Positions 28,027 to 37,884 of a stretch of 64,000 bases of DNA are shown here, piece by piece; the stretch's first letter is position 1; each line of letters begins with the position of its first letter. The notes under the pieces are model-generated. The model did not search any database, was not told the DNA's origin, and was given only the letters and a program-made list of their open reading frames with translations. The position numbers and the translations under genes are program-made. Where the stretch lies: positions 1 to 64,000 of the forward strand of contig JBMOLF010000010.1 in NCBI GenBank assembly GCA_049325595.1, in the 5' to 3' direction. This DNA is from Candidatus Babelota bacterium. Lineage in GTDB: Bacteria > Babelota > Babeliae > Babelales > Vermiphilaceae.

Positions 28027-29262
28027 ATGGAAAATATATCGTTGAGAATACTGTTTGCTGGTGCCATAGTGTGTTTAATTCCTTTGGCTATGGTGCCAGC
28101 ACCAGAATTTAAACTTGGTATTGAAAATTTTTCTCATTACAGCTTAGTATCTTCTTCTACGCACTGTGTTACTGCTGCATTAGTAACTAATCATACAGCA
28201 AAAGATCAGCAAGGGCATCGTACCATTGATATTCTTTGCCAACATCCGGCTATCAAATTGATGTATATTTTAACCTCCGAACATGGCATTACCGGCAAAG
28301 TCCCGGCATCTATTTCGGTTGAAGATGGCTATGATGCGGTAACGAAAATTCCTATAATTAGTTTGTATAAAAATGGTTCAAAAAAAGAAATTCCACAAGA
28401 ATGCTTACAATCAGTTCGAGTAATTTTTTTTGATATGCAAGATTGTGGCATGCGCCATTATACGTATATTTCAACATTGCATCAGATCATGAAAATTGCT
28501 GCAGAGCACAATAAACAAGTGGTGGTATTAGACCGTCCAAATCCATTAGGCGGGATTATAGAAGGACCCTTGGTGGAAAGCTCATTGCAATCATTTATTT
28601 CGGTTGCACCGATTCCTTTGCGTTACGGATTAACTATTGGTGAATTGGCACATTTTTTTAATGAGCATTTTTTTGAAAAAAAGGTAAATGTGTGTGTTAT
28701 ACCTATGAAAGGATATGTTCGCGAGCAGGTGTATTTACCAGAAGCATTATCGCCAAACATTCCATCAAAACAGTCATGTTATGGCTATAGTTTTTTAGGA
28801 TTATTGGGAGAAGTAAGACCTCTTGATGTTGGTCTTGGTAGTCGTTACTCATTTAGATGCATTGCTTTACCCAAGCAATCAAATATGCCTCAAAGAGCTT
28901 GGTGGAAACTAGCAGAACAATTAAAAAAATATGGCATAAAAACAATAGCACATACTTATACGACGAGTCGTAAAAAAATAGAGTTTCATGGTTTATTAAT
29001 TAAAATACCATCACCCAATGCTGTATCATCGTTTAATGCATTATTACATACGTTACTTTTTTTAAAAAAAGAAGGAATTAATTTAGTTTTTTCACCTTAT
29101 TTTGATAAGGCAATGGGAACCAGCAAAGTAAGAGAATATATTCAAGGTATTATTACCTATAATGAGCTGAAGCAATATGTGAATAAACAACTTGTGTTAT
29201 TTAATGAACAAATAAGATCTTGTATGTTATATGCGCCCGAGCCGCTTTGTAAATTATTGTAA
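28027..29262 (+). CDS. DUF1343 exo-beta-N-acetylmuramidase NamZ-like
   Basis: TNHT, SEHG, SLY, FDMQDCGMRHYTYIST, LDRPNP, GLTIGELA and SPNIP motifs. Confidence 0.85.
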   Translation: MENISLRILFAGAIVCLIPLAMVPAPEFKLGIENFSHYSLVSSSTHCVTAALVTNHTAKDQQGHRTIDILCQHPAIKLMYILTSEHGITGKVPASISVEDGYDAVTKIPIISLYKNGSKKEIPQECLQSVRVIFFDMQDCGMRHYTYISTLHQIMKIAAEHNKQVVVLDRPNPLGGIIEGPLVESSLQSFISVAPIPLRYGLTIGELAHFFNEHFFEKKVNVCVIPMKGYVREQVYLPEALSPNIPSKQSCYGYSFLGLLGEVRPLDVGLGSRYSFRCIALPKQSNMPQRAWWKLAEQLKKYGIKTIAHTYTTSRKKIEFHGLLIKIPSPNAVSSFNALLHTLLFLKKEGINLVFSPYFDKAMGTSKVREYIQGIITYNELKQYVNKQLVLFNEQIRSCMLYAPEPLCKLL

Positions 29263-29265
29263 ATA

Positions 29266-29298
29266 AAAGAAGGCAACATTTAAATAGTTGCCTTCTTT
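29266..29298. terminator. Bidirectional terminator
   Basis: aaagaaggcaac ... gttgccttcttt between convergent genes. Confidence 0.7.
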
Positions 29299-29307
29299 AG
29301 TTAATTA

Positions 29308-29940
29308 CTATAACCCTAACAATCTTCTAAACCAGTCTATAATGCCAAGTATAAGTTCTTTAATTTTATCAAAGATGGTTACAAACAAGCCACTTATTTG
29401 ACCTAATATGCCTTCTTTACTTGTTGTTACTTCTTCGGGCATGTCTTGCACGGGCGCTGATATGACTTGCTCTTCTTGGGTGACGGTTTCATCGGTTGGG
29501 AGTATTTGATCTCCGTTGGTTATTTCTTTTTTTTTTTCACCGTTTGATCCAAAATGAGTGCGAATTTTTTGTCCCATTTCGCCATGGAAATCGGCTGGGG
29601 CGCCTACTACGCGATCAACAACCGATCCATTTTTATAAAATACAAATGTTGGCAATCCTTCTACACCATTATTTGTTGCAAGATCCGGATTTGCGCTAAC
29701 ATCTACTTCTGCCATATAAATATTAGGATAATTATTAGTTAATTTTTCAAAATCTGCTTTAATCATTTGACACGCAGGACACCAGCTTGCGGTAAATTTT
29801 AATATTACATTTCCCTGGTTTTTAGCAGTATTTAATTCTTTTTGCGAGGTAATAACTTTTTTTACCGCAGCGTGTAATGGTGCTGCTGTAGCAAGAGCAA
29901 GTACTATTAATACGCAAATACGTGATGAATATAACTTCAT
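29308..29940 (-). CDS. Exported thioredoxin-domain protein with acidic linker and amphipathic C-terminal helix
   Basis: Signal peptide ...APLHA; WCPAC; GLPTF; C-terminus GILGQISGLFVTIFDKIKELILGIIDWFRRLLGL. Confidence 0.85.
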   Translation of the reverse strand: MKLYSSRICVLIVLALATAAPLHAAVKKVITSQKELNTAKNQGNVILKFTASWCPACQMIKADFEKLTNNYPNIYMAEVDVSANPDLATNNGVEGLPTFVFYKNGSVVDRVVGAPADFHGEMGQKIRTHFGSNGEKKKEITNGDQILPTDETVTQEEQVISAPVQDMPEEVTTSKEGILGQISGLFVTIFDKIKELILGIIDWFRRLLGL

Positions 29941-30233
29941 AAAATAACTCCTTTTGTGGGTAGTAATTAAACTATCCCTAGTATCGATAAATTAAAAAAC
30001 AAGAGTCAAGAATCCTTAAAATTACGGATTGATTTTTAGTGGTATTTATAAGACAATTTTATTTACTTATTCTTATTTAAGATTTGCGCTTCAACATTCT
30101 ATTTATGTAGGGCTGGGCGTGCAAATCATGCACTGAAAGCGCTTATTAAAATATTTCAATAAGAATTTATTGTGCTGATCTTTCTAATAAAAATTTAAGA
30201 ATATATTTTCAAGAAAAAAAATTAAAAAAATAT

Positions 30234-30262
30234 TTGATTCTGGGGCCTTAAACCATTAGATT
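30234..30262 (+). promoter_or_regulatory. Putative sigma70 promoter for nrdAB
   Basis: TTGATT-17 nt-TAGATT; the AT-rich background makes this weak. Confidence 0.35.
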
Positions 30263-30423
30263 ATGAGAATGTTACGGCAATCGTTTTTTTCATTTAGAAA
30301 TCATTTTTAATTTTTTAAAAGAAAAATAAGCTCTGGGTTTAACTCAAGAGGAGGGCTAAAATTGTCTTTAACGAACTGACCGTATTTAAAAATAATTGAT
30401 TCGTAAAGAATCGAAAGGAAATC

Positions 30424-32988
30424 ATGGCAAGCGATAGGCACATTATGAAAGATCAACCATTTTTTAGCACACAAATAAACAATGCAGCAATAAAAAGTCG
30501 TCTTGATCAAAATTTTAAGGTGATCAGACCTGACAAAACTGAGTCTTTTGATATTGCAAAGTTGTATGATGCAATAGTATGGGCGTGCGCTCGCTATGAT
30601 GAGTCAATTTCAATAGATTTAATAGCACAAGAAGTAGTAAGAACAATTTTTGATGGCATTACTCCTTCTGAAATTGAAGACGCATTGATTTTAGCTACCG
30701 TTTCATATATTGAACGTGATCCTGCATATAATTATGTTGCTGCACAGTTTTTACTTAAAAAATTGTTTAAAGAAGTTACCGGTATTTCTATTCGTTCAGT
30801 TGATATGGAAATATTGTATCGCCAGTACTTTGTTGCACATATTAAAAAAGGCGTAGAACTTGGTATTTTTGATAAACGACTTCTTGAATTTGATCTTGAA
30901 ACATTAGCGCTAAGCATCAAGATTGAGCGTGATAACTTATTTGAATATATGGGATTGCGTACTTTGTATGAGCGTTATTTTGCAAAACATGAAGGGCATC
31001 GTCTTGAGATGCCGCAAATGTTCTGGATGCGTGTGGCAATGGGTGTTTCTTTATTAGAAACAAACAAAACTGAACGAGTAGTTGATTTTTATGAGCTTGT
31101 TTCGACGATGGATTATGTACCAAGTACGCCAACCTTATTACATTCAGGCTTGGTATGCCCCCAATTAAGTTCTTGCTACTTAACCACCATTCAAGATGAT
31201 TTACATAATATATTTAAATGTCTTGGTGATAATGCACAATTATCCAAATGGTCAGGTGGCTTGGCAAATGATTGGTCTAATGTTCGTGCAACCGGAGCAA
31301 TGGTAAAAAGCATTAAGACAGAAAGTCAGGGTGTTATTCCTTATTTAAAAATTGCTAATGATGTGACGGCTGCTATTAACCGTAGTGGTAAGCGTCGTAG
31401 TGCTGCGGTTGTTTATTTAGAGCTGTGGCATTTTGATATTGAAGATTTTCTTGATTTGCGTCGTAATGTTGGTGATGAGCGTCGTAGAACACACGATATT
31501 AATACTGCAACGTGGATACCTGACTTATTTATGAAGCGTCTTCTTGCTGATGGTGATTGGACATTATTTTCACCAGATGAAGTTCCCGATTTACACCACA
31601 TTTATGGACGCGAATTTGAAAAACGTTATCAAGAATATGAGCAAAAAGTAACACAAGGTAGCATAAAATTATTTAAAGTGATTAAAGCAAGCGATCTTTG
31701 GCGTAAAATGTTAAGCCGCTTGTTTGAAACTGGTCACCCATGGATTACTTTTAAAGATCCAAGCAACATTCGTTCACCGCAAGATCATGCAGGGGTGGTT
31801 CACTCTTCTAACTTGTGTACTGAAATTACGCTCAATACTTCTGCAGATGAGACGGCTGTATGTAATTTAGGATCAATTAACTTATCAAAACATATTATTA
31901 ATGGTCAGCTTGATGTTGAAAAATTAGCAATTACAGTGCATCGCGCTATTCGTATGCTTGATAATGTTATTGATATTAATTTTTATCCAACTATAGAAGC
32001 GAAAAATGCCAACTTCCGTCACCGTCCTATTGGTTTGGGGTTAATGGGATTACAAGATGCATTATACAAGCTTGATATTAATTTTGACTCGCCACAAGCA
32101 TTAGAAATATCAAGCCATATTATGGAAATTATTTCTTATAATGCAATTCTTGCATCATCGATGCTTGCAAAAGAACGTGGTGCATATGAATCTTATAAAG
32201 GTTCAAAATGGGATAGAGGAATTTTCCCACAGGATACTATTACATTGCTTGAGCATGAACGTAATATGCAAGTTGAAGTAAGTAGAAAAAGCATTCTTGA
32301 TTGGGAACCAGTTCGCAAGCATGTAGCAACCTATGGTATGCGTAATTCAAATACTATGGCAATTGCACCAACAGCAACTATTTCTAATATTTCTGGTTGT
32401 TTCCCTTGCATAGAGCCTATTTACAAAAATCTTTATGTAAAAGCAAACATGACGGGTGAATTCACCGTCGTGAACAAATATTTAGTTGAAGATTTAAAGC
32501 AACTAGGTTTATGGGATCATGATATGCTTGAACTTCTTAAATATTATGATGGTAGCGTACAGCTGATTGAGTGTATCCCGCAAAAACTTAAAGATAAATA
32601 CAAAGAAGTATTTGAAATTGATCCTGAATGGTTGGTTAAAATGACTGCTGAACGTGGTGTATGGATCGATCAAAGTCAATCTCATAATGTATTTATGAAA
32701 GGTGTTTCTGGTAAGAAATTAAGTACGATTTATATTGCCGGGTGGAAAGCAGGTCTTAAAACTTTCTATTACTTACGTACTTTGGGAGCATCTCAAATTG
32801 AAAAATCAACGCTCGATGCTAAAAAGTTTGGGTTTACCCAAAAACGTGAGTATGTAGCGGTTGAAACTAAATCAGAAACAGTATCAAGTGATGCTCAGGG
32901 TAATATGGTGATAGAGCAAGAAACAACAATGATGCAAAAAACATCCTGTTCGATCTCAGCTGATCCTGAATGTGAAGTGTGTCAATAA
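30424..32988 (+). CDS. nrdA: Ribonucleoside-diphosphate reductase alpha subunit with N-terminal ATP cone
   Basis: PSTPTL, LSSCY, SNLCTEI, VCNLGS, APTATIS, KTFYY and C-terminal CEVC. Confidence 0.97.
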   Translation: MASDRHIMKDQPFFSTQINNAAIKSRLDQNFKVIRPDKTESFDIAKLYDAIVWACARYDESISIDLIAQEVVRTIFDGITPSEIEDALILATVSYIERDPAYNYVAAQFLLKKLFKEVTGISIRSVDMEILYRQYFVAHIKKGVELGIFDKRLLEFDLETLALSIKIERDNLFEYMGLRTLYERYFAKHEGHRLEMPQMFWMRVAMGVSLLETNKTERVVDFYELVSTMDYVPSTPTLLHSGLVCPQLSSCYLTTIQDDLHNIFKCLGDNAQLSKWSGGLANDWSNVRATGAMVKSIKTESQGVIPYLKIANDVTAAINRSGKRRSAAVVYLELWHFDIEDFLDLRRNVGDERRRTHDINTATWIPDLFMKRLLADGDWTLFSPDEVPDLHHIYGREFEKRYQEYEQKVTQGSIKLFKVIKASDLWRKMLSRLFETGHPWITFKDPSNIRSPQDHAGVVHSSNLCTEITLNTSADETAVCNLGSINLSKHIINGQLDVEKLAITVHRAIRMLDNVIDINFYPTIEAKNANFRHRPIGLGLMGLQDALYKLDINFDSPQALEISSHIMEIISYNAILASSMLAKERGAYESYKGSKWDRGIFPQDTITLLEHERNMQVEVSRKSILDWEPVRKHVATYGMRNSNTMAIAPTATISNISGCFPCIEPIYKNLYVKANMTGEFTVVNKYLVEDLKQLGLWDHDMLELLKYYDGSVQLIECIPQKLKDKYKEVFEIDPEWLVKMTAERGVWIDQSQSHNVFMKGVSGKKLSTIYIAGWKAGLKTFYYLRTLGASQIEKSTLDAKKFGFTQKREYVAVETKSETVSSDAQGNMVIEQETTMMQKTSCSISADPECEVCQ

Positions 32989-33006
32989 TAAAATGAAAGG
33001 ACTATT

Positions 33007-34017
33007 ATGTCACAACAAAAAAAAGGCATAATAAACAATTCTGCTGTAGATCCTAACAAGATCTTACCTATGAAATATTTATGGGCACGCCAACACTACA
33101 AAGATGGCGTTGCCAACAACTGGGCGCCAGAAGAAGTTTCCATGCAAAAAGATGTTGAACAATGGAAATCGTTAACTGCGCTTAATGATGTTGAGCGCCG
33201 TATGATTATTTATAATCTTGGATTTTTTTCAACAGCAGAATCATTAACTGCAAATAATTTGGTATTGGCTGTTTACAAACATGTTACCAACCCAGAATGT
33301 CGCCAATATTTGTTGCGCCAAGCATTTGAAGAGGCTATTCACACCGATACATTTATTTATTGCTGTGATACATTAGGGCTAAATCCTGATGAAATTTATA
33401 ATATGTATCAAACCATACCTTCAATTAAAGAAAAAGATGAGTTTGTAGTAGAACTTACTAAATCATTGTTTGATCCTAATTTTACTACCGACGGTGTAGT
33501 AAACATTCAGCGCTTTTTACGTGATTTAGTTGGTTTTTACGTAATTATGGAAGGCATTTTCTTCTATGCTGGTTTTGCTATGATGCTTGCTTTAAAGCGT
33601 CAAAACAAAATGGTTGGTATTGGTGAGCAGTTTGAATATATTATGCGCGATGAAAGTTTGCACCTTGCATTTGGTTGCGATTTAATTAATACCATTAAAG
33701 CTGAAAATCCTGAAGTTTGGACTGCCGATTTCCAAGAAGAAATTGTTGAGCTTATTAAAAAAGCAGTAATTCTTGAGAAAAAGTATGCATTTGATGCATG
33801 TCCGCAGGGATTGCTCGGTATTAATGCACAACAATTCTCAGATTATGTTGAATATATCACCGATCGTCGCCTAGAACGAATTGATTTGCCAAAAATATAT
33901 GGCACGCAAAATCCATTCCCATGGATGTCTCAGTCTACCGATCTTGCAAAAGAAAAGAATTTCTTTGAAACACGAGTTACTGAGTATCAGTCCGCTGGCG
34001 CCCTTGAGTGGGAATAA
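33007..34017 (+). CDS. nrdB: Ribonucleotide reductase beta subunit, class Ic (Mn/Fe) type
   Basis: FFSTAESL, EEAIHTDTF, EGIFF, RDESLH and NFFETRVTEY motifs. Confidence 0.95.
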   Translation: MSQQKKGIINNSAVDPNKILPMKYLWARQHYKDGVANNWAPEEVSMQKDVEQWKSLTALNDVERRMIIYNLGFFSTAESLTANNLVLAVYKHVTNPECRQYLLRQAFEEAIHTDTFIYCCDTLGLNPDEIYNMYQTIPSIKEKDEFVVELTKSLFDPNFTTDGVVNIQRFLRDLVGFYVIMEGIFFYAGFAMMLALKRQNKMVGIGEQFEYIMRDESLHLAFGCDLINTIKAENPEVWTADFQEEIVELIKKAVILEKKYAFDACPQGLLGINAQQFSDYVEYITDRRLERIDLPKIYGTQNPFPWMSQSTDLAKEKNFFETRVTEYQSAGALEWE

Positions 34018-34027
34018 AATAGCACAA

Positions 34028-34064
34028 ATAATGGCAGGGAGAAATCCCTGCCATTATCATTTTT
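34028..34064 (+). terminator. nrdAB terminator hairpin
   Basis: ataatggcaggga-GAAA-tccctgccattat. Confidence 0.75.
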
Positions 34065-34081
34065 TAAAGAGAATATTGTAT

Positions 34082-34558
34082 ATGAAATATTATTTTTTGT
34101 TCATTGTTTGGAGTTATGGTTTTTGTGCTTACAGTATGCACCATCAGGTAATAGTGAATGTTGTTAATAACACCCCTATGCCGGTTAAAATACAACAAAT
34201 TGGCAGAGAACAAATTATGCATATTCCTGGTATGGAAACATCTCATTATTATATATGGCCATTTCAAAGCAATAATTCATATGAAATGAAATTAAAAATA
34301 TCAGGTGATTTTTTTAGATCGGCATATGTTAAGTATGTAAAAAAAGCTAAAAAAAATGATTGTGTAATTAAAAAAAAGTTAATACGTAATTCAAAGAAAA
34401 TAAAATATAAGGTATGGGGTGCCATATACCAATCTCAGAAAGATATACAAGCTCAGAATGATATCAGAGCGAGCGTTATTAATTTAATCATTGATAATAA
34501 TAAAAAACCAATCATATCACCTGAAGCTATTATTTTAGAACCAGAATTAGCTTTGTAG
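34082..34558 (+). CDS. Hypothetical secreted Lys-rich protein (start ATG 34082)
   Basis: Leader MKYYFLFIVWSYGFCAYS|M. The upstream ORF extension overlaps nrdB and its terminator, so it is unlikely. Confidence 0.65.
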   Translation: MKYYFLFIVWSYGFCAYSMHHQVIVNVVNNTPMPVKIQQIGREQIMHIPGMETSHYYIWPFQSNNSYEMKLKISGDFFRSAYVKYVKKAKKNDCVIKKKLIRNSKKIKYKVWGAIYQSQKDIQAQNDIRASVINLIIDNNKKPIISPEAIILEPELAL

Positions 34559-36352
34559 TTTTTTTATCTGCTCATCGGTAAGAGAATTGAGTAATTCTTT
34601 GAGAGTGCTTTTAATTTCGATATAAAGATTATCTAAATTTTGCTCATTTAATGTATTTTTAGATAATAAAAATTCTTTTGGAGCTTCGTTAAATTTGCGA
34701 TGGTAATTTTCTACTTCTTCTTTTAATAAATCATCTAATTCCTTCATGAATGGCATAAATATTTCACATTCGATGAGCTCGGTAATTTTTATGATCTTGG
34801 ACAGACGTTGATGCATTTTATAAATTTTTTTTAATTTTGAAAAAAATTTTAATGTGTAATCGACCTCAGTATTATAATCATCTAATTTTTCTGGAATAAT
34901 ATAGGTTTTGGCATATTTTTCAGATGACTTCTTTTTCTTAATATCCTGTAAACAGTTTTGTATTTGCGTAATTGAGTTGTTAATGCTTCCTAATATTTTT
35001 TGAAGGGGGGGAATATATTGTGGAATGTGTAAGCGAGTTGCTAAATCTTTCCCCTGGGTGATGCGTTCTTGTAATAAGCTTATTTCTTGAATTCGCATAG
35101 TCAAATATTGTTTTAGGAAATTATTTTGATAGGCAATAAGTTCAGGTCTTATAACCTGATTGAGTAAAGAAATTAATTCAATTTTTAAGTCGTTGGAAAT
35201 AGTTTGGGCGTCTTCTGGTTCGGTAATTGCGCTTACCCATCGTTGTTTTACGCATCTATATTTGCTATTAATTGTCTGATAAAGCAGTAAATGTATGTTA
35301 TTAAGGCTTGAACGAATCTCTTTTTTAGCAAGAAATGTTTTACAAGCATACTTTAAAGCTTTGTATATAGTTCCTATTTCTCTTGTAGGGACATATTCGG
35401 CAAAAATTGAAGAGAGATCTTCATTGTTTTGCTGAGAGTAAAAATTTTTTATAATTTTTTGCATAATCTGTTTTGTTTTAACATTAATTTTTTTGGATAA
35501 AGGATTTATTAAGCTACTGGTAATAAAAAAAAGAGCTCTAAAACTCATCTCTTTTAAAGAAGGTATTTTTTGTTGCTCAATTAAATTATTTTCATTAGGA
35601 AGTTCAACATCAGTGAATAATCCTTCAAAAAATTTTGGGTACTCTTTTAATTCACATGCTAGTGAAAGCGATGATTTGCCCAGTTTATTTTTGATTTTTA
35701 AATTAGCGCCTAAGAATAATAAATCTTTTACGAGATCAGGTTTAACTGAGTGTTGGCTAAGTGCTGTATGCAACGGTGTATCACCCTGTAAATTTGGTTT
35801 ATTTATTTGTCCCCCAAATTTACATAGAGATTCGAATATTTGAAAACGTAAATCTTCACGTAAAATTTGTTTTGGCATATCAGAAAAATCATTTTTTTCT
35901 GTATATAATTTTTTTTTGCGTACCATTAAATGAAAAGGTGTTTCTCCTGTATTGTCTTGATGGTCAGGAATAGCGCCATGTTCTAAGAGAAGCTTGACTC
36001 TAGCAAGATTTAATTCATCGACAGCATTATGCAACGGTGTTTTGCCCTGACGATTCATCCTATTTATAAATTCACTAAAAGGGACAGGGGCATCAGGTAA
36101 TTGTTTTATTAGTGTTATAAGCGTCTGAGCGACACTTACTTTTTTTGTAATATGTAAGCAATTATTTGCATAGCTATCGGTATAGAGTAAGTCTGCTCCA
36201 TTATCTAGCATTTTTTTTACCCGTTCCCAATCACCTTTTTCACAGGCATCAAAAAACAGTTCATTGCCACCCTGATCAAAAATATTTTTTTCCATACCAA
36301 AAAATGGAACGCTTAGGTGCAAAAGTAATATTGTTAAAATGTTTTTTTTCAT
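34547..36352 (-). CDS. Secreted ankyrin-repeat protein with BC-box-like motif and helical C-terminus
   Basis: Signal peptide; GKTPLH, GETPFH and GDTPLH repeats; IPSLKEMSFRAL; ATGA overlap with the ugd stop. Confidence 0.85.
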   Translation of the reverse strand: MKKNILTILLLHLSVPFFGMEKNIFDQGGNELFFDACEKGDWERVKKMLDNGADLLYTDSYANNCLHITKKVSVAQTLITLIKQLPDAPVPFSEFINRMNRQGKTPLHNAVDELNLARVKLLLEHGAIPDHQDNTGETPFHLMVRKKKLYTEKNDFSDMPKQILREDLRFQIFESLCKFGGQINKPNLQGDTPLHTALSQHSVKPDLVKDLLFLGANLKIKNKLGKSSLSLACELKEYPKFFEGLFTDVELPNENNLIEQQKIPSLKEMSFRALFFITSSLINPLSKKINVKTKQIMQKIIKNFYSQQNNEDLSSIFAEYVPTREIGTIYKALKYACKTFLAKKEIRSSLNNIHLLLYQTINSKYRCVKQRWVSAITEPEDAQTISNDLKIELISLLNQVIRPELIAYQNNFLKQYLTMRIQEISLLQERITQGKDLATRLHIPQYIPPLQKILGSINNSITQIQNCLQDIKKKKSSEKYAKTYIIPEKLDDYNTEVDYTLKFFSKLKKIYKMHQRLSKIIKITELIECEIFMPFMKELDDLLKEEVENYHRKFNEAPKEFLLSKNTLNEQNLDNLYIEIKSTLKELLNSLTDEQIKKLQS

Positions 36353-37734
36353 TCTTTTTTGCCTATTTTACTAATTACAAAATGTTGCAAAAATCTATTC
36401 TTGCAATCTAAAACATTGCACGCATCGATGATCAAAGGACGCTTCATTATTTGGTGAAAGGGAGCATTTTCAAGTTGTTTAAATTCGCACCAATCGGTCA
36501 TAATTATTGCAGCATCACAATCAGATAACGCTGTTTCTAATGAATTACAATAACAAATATTCGGAAATAACTTTTTCATAGCATCATTTGCAATCGGATC
36601 ATACGCTTTTATATGAGCGCCATGTTTTTGAAGTAACTCTATAGTGGTAATAGCACAGGAATTTCGTATATCATTTGTACCGGCTTTGAATGAAAGGCCT
36701 AAAACAGCAACAGTTTTACCATCCAAAGTTACTAAATGTTCTAATAATTTTTTTACCGGAACCGTGCGTTGTTCTTGATTGGTTTGTAAACAAGCAGCAA
36801 GGGTGCGCAAAATAACACCGTGGTTTTTTGCAATCTGAAGTAACGCACTACAATCTTTAGGAAAACAAGATCCACCAAATCCCGGTCCATGCTTTAAAAA
36901 ATAAGAACCAATACGCTTATCAAGGCCCATGGCATGAGAAACTTGGCAGATATCTGCTCCTGTTTTTTCACATAAATTGGCAATTTCATTAATAAAGCTA
37001 ATTTTTACCGCTAAAAAAGAATTAGAAGCATATTTAATCGTTTCGGCAGTTGCCGGATCTACTAACACGCAGGGAATTTTTTCTTGAAGAAGTGGTTCAT
37101 ATAAGTTTTTAATTGTATGCGCAGCTTCAAATGAATGAGATCCAATTACAATACGATCCGGATTTAAAAAGTCATAAACTGCAGATCCTTCCCGTAAAAA
37201 TTCTGGATTCATTACCATGTCAAATAAATCGGGCGAAACATTATGTGAAAGTAATAGTTGTTCAGCATAATCTGTTGTGCCAATAGGTACGGTGCTTTTT
37301 ATGCAGATTATTGTTTTTTTGTACAACGACTTACCAATGGTAGCAAGTGCTGTATTCAAATAACCCATATAAGCAGTACCATCATCATTCATAGGGGTGT
37401 CAACGGCAATAAAAACTATGTCTGCTTGTTTGATGGCTTCTTCTGCTTGAGTGGTAAAGAATAATTTTTGATGCAAAAGCTCTTTACGTAAAAGATCGGT
37501 AAGTTGAGGCTCATAAATCGAAACAATTCCATTTTTTAGTTCATTTATTTTTTTTTCATCAATATCAACACATATTACCGAATAACCAAGATGTGCAAAG
37601 CAGGTACCCGTAACTAATCCCACATAACCCGTGCCAATAACGGCAATAGTTGGTATCTTAGTCTGAGAAAAAATACCATTATGAAATAGAATTGTGAAAA
37701 AAAATAATGAAATAATTTTCTTAATTTTGTTCAT
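36349..37734 (-). CDS. ugd: UDP-glucose/GDP-mannose 6-dehydrogenase with signal peptide
   Basis: GTGYVG, KSTVP, PEFLREG and GFGGSCFPKD motifs; leader MNKIKKIISLFFFTILFHNGIFS. Confidence 0.92.
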   Translation of the reverse strand: MNKIKKIISLFFFTILFHNGIFSQTKIPTIAVIGTGYVGLVTGTCFAHLGYSVICVDIDEKKINELKNGIVSIYEPQLTDLLRKELLHQKLFFTTQAEEAIKQADIVFIAVDTPMNDDGTAYMGYLNTALATIGKSLYKKTIICIKSTVPIGTTDYAEQLLLSHNVSPDLFDMVMNPEFLREGSAVYDFLNPDRIVIGSHSFEAAHTIKNLYEPLLQEKIPCVLVDPATAETIKYASNSFLAVKISFINEIANLCEKTGADICQVSHAMGLDKRIGSYFLKHGPGFGGSCFPKDCSALLQIAKNHGVILRTLAACLQTNQEQRTVPVKKLLEHLVTLDGKTVAVLGLSFKAGTNDIRNSCAITTIELLQKHGAHIKAYDPIANDAMKKLFPNICYCNSLETALSDCDAAIIMTDWCEFKQLENAPFHQIMKRPLIIDACNVLDCKNRFLQHFVISKIGKKE

Positions 37735-37884
37735 TGAGTCCCCCTTATCACTGGAGTATAGCTCAATGTTTTTATTTACTTCTAGAAATTGTTATTTTTG
37801 TTCAAATTTCGCTGGATTATTTTATTGAAAGCCTCTTCTTTTTTGTATTAAAGTAAGGCTAGTTGTTTATGATAACTGGAGTAA

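Noticed and set aside
30225..30275. NrdR boxes upstream of nrdA
   Set aside because: Only weak resemblance to the acaCwAtATaTwGtg consensus; not supportable by eye.
33881..34081. N-terminal extension of ORF 33881-34558
   Set aside because: Overlaps nrdB and its terminator; ATG 34082 gives a clean signal peptide.
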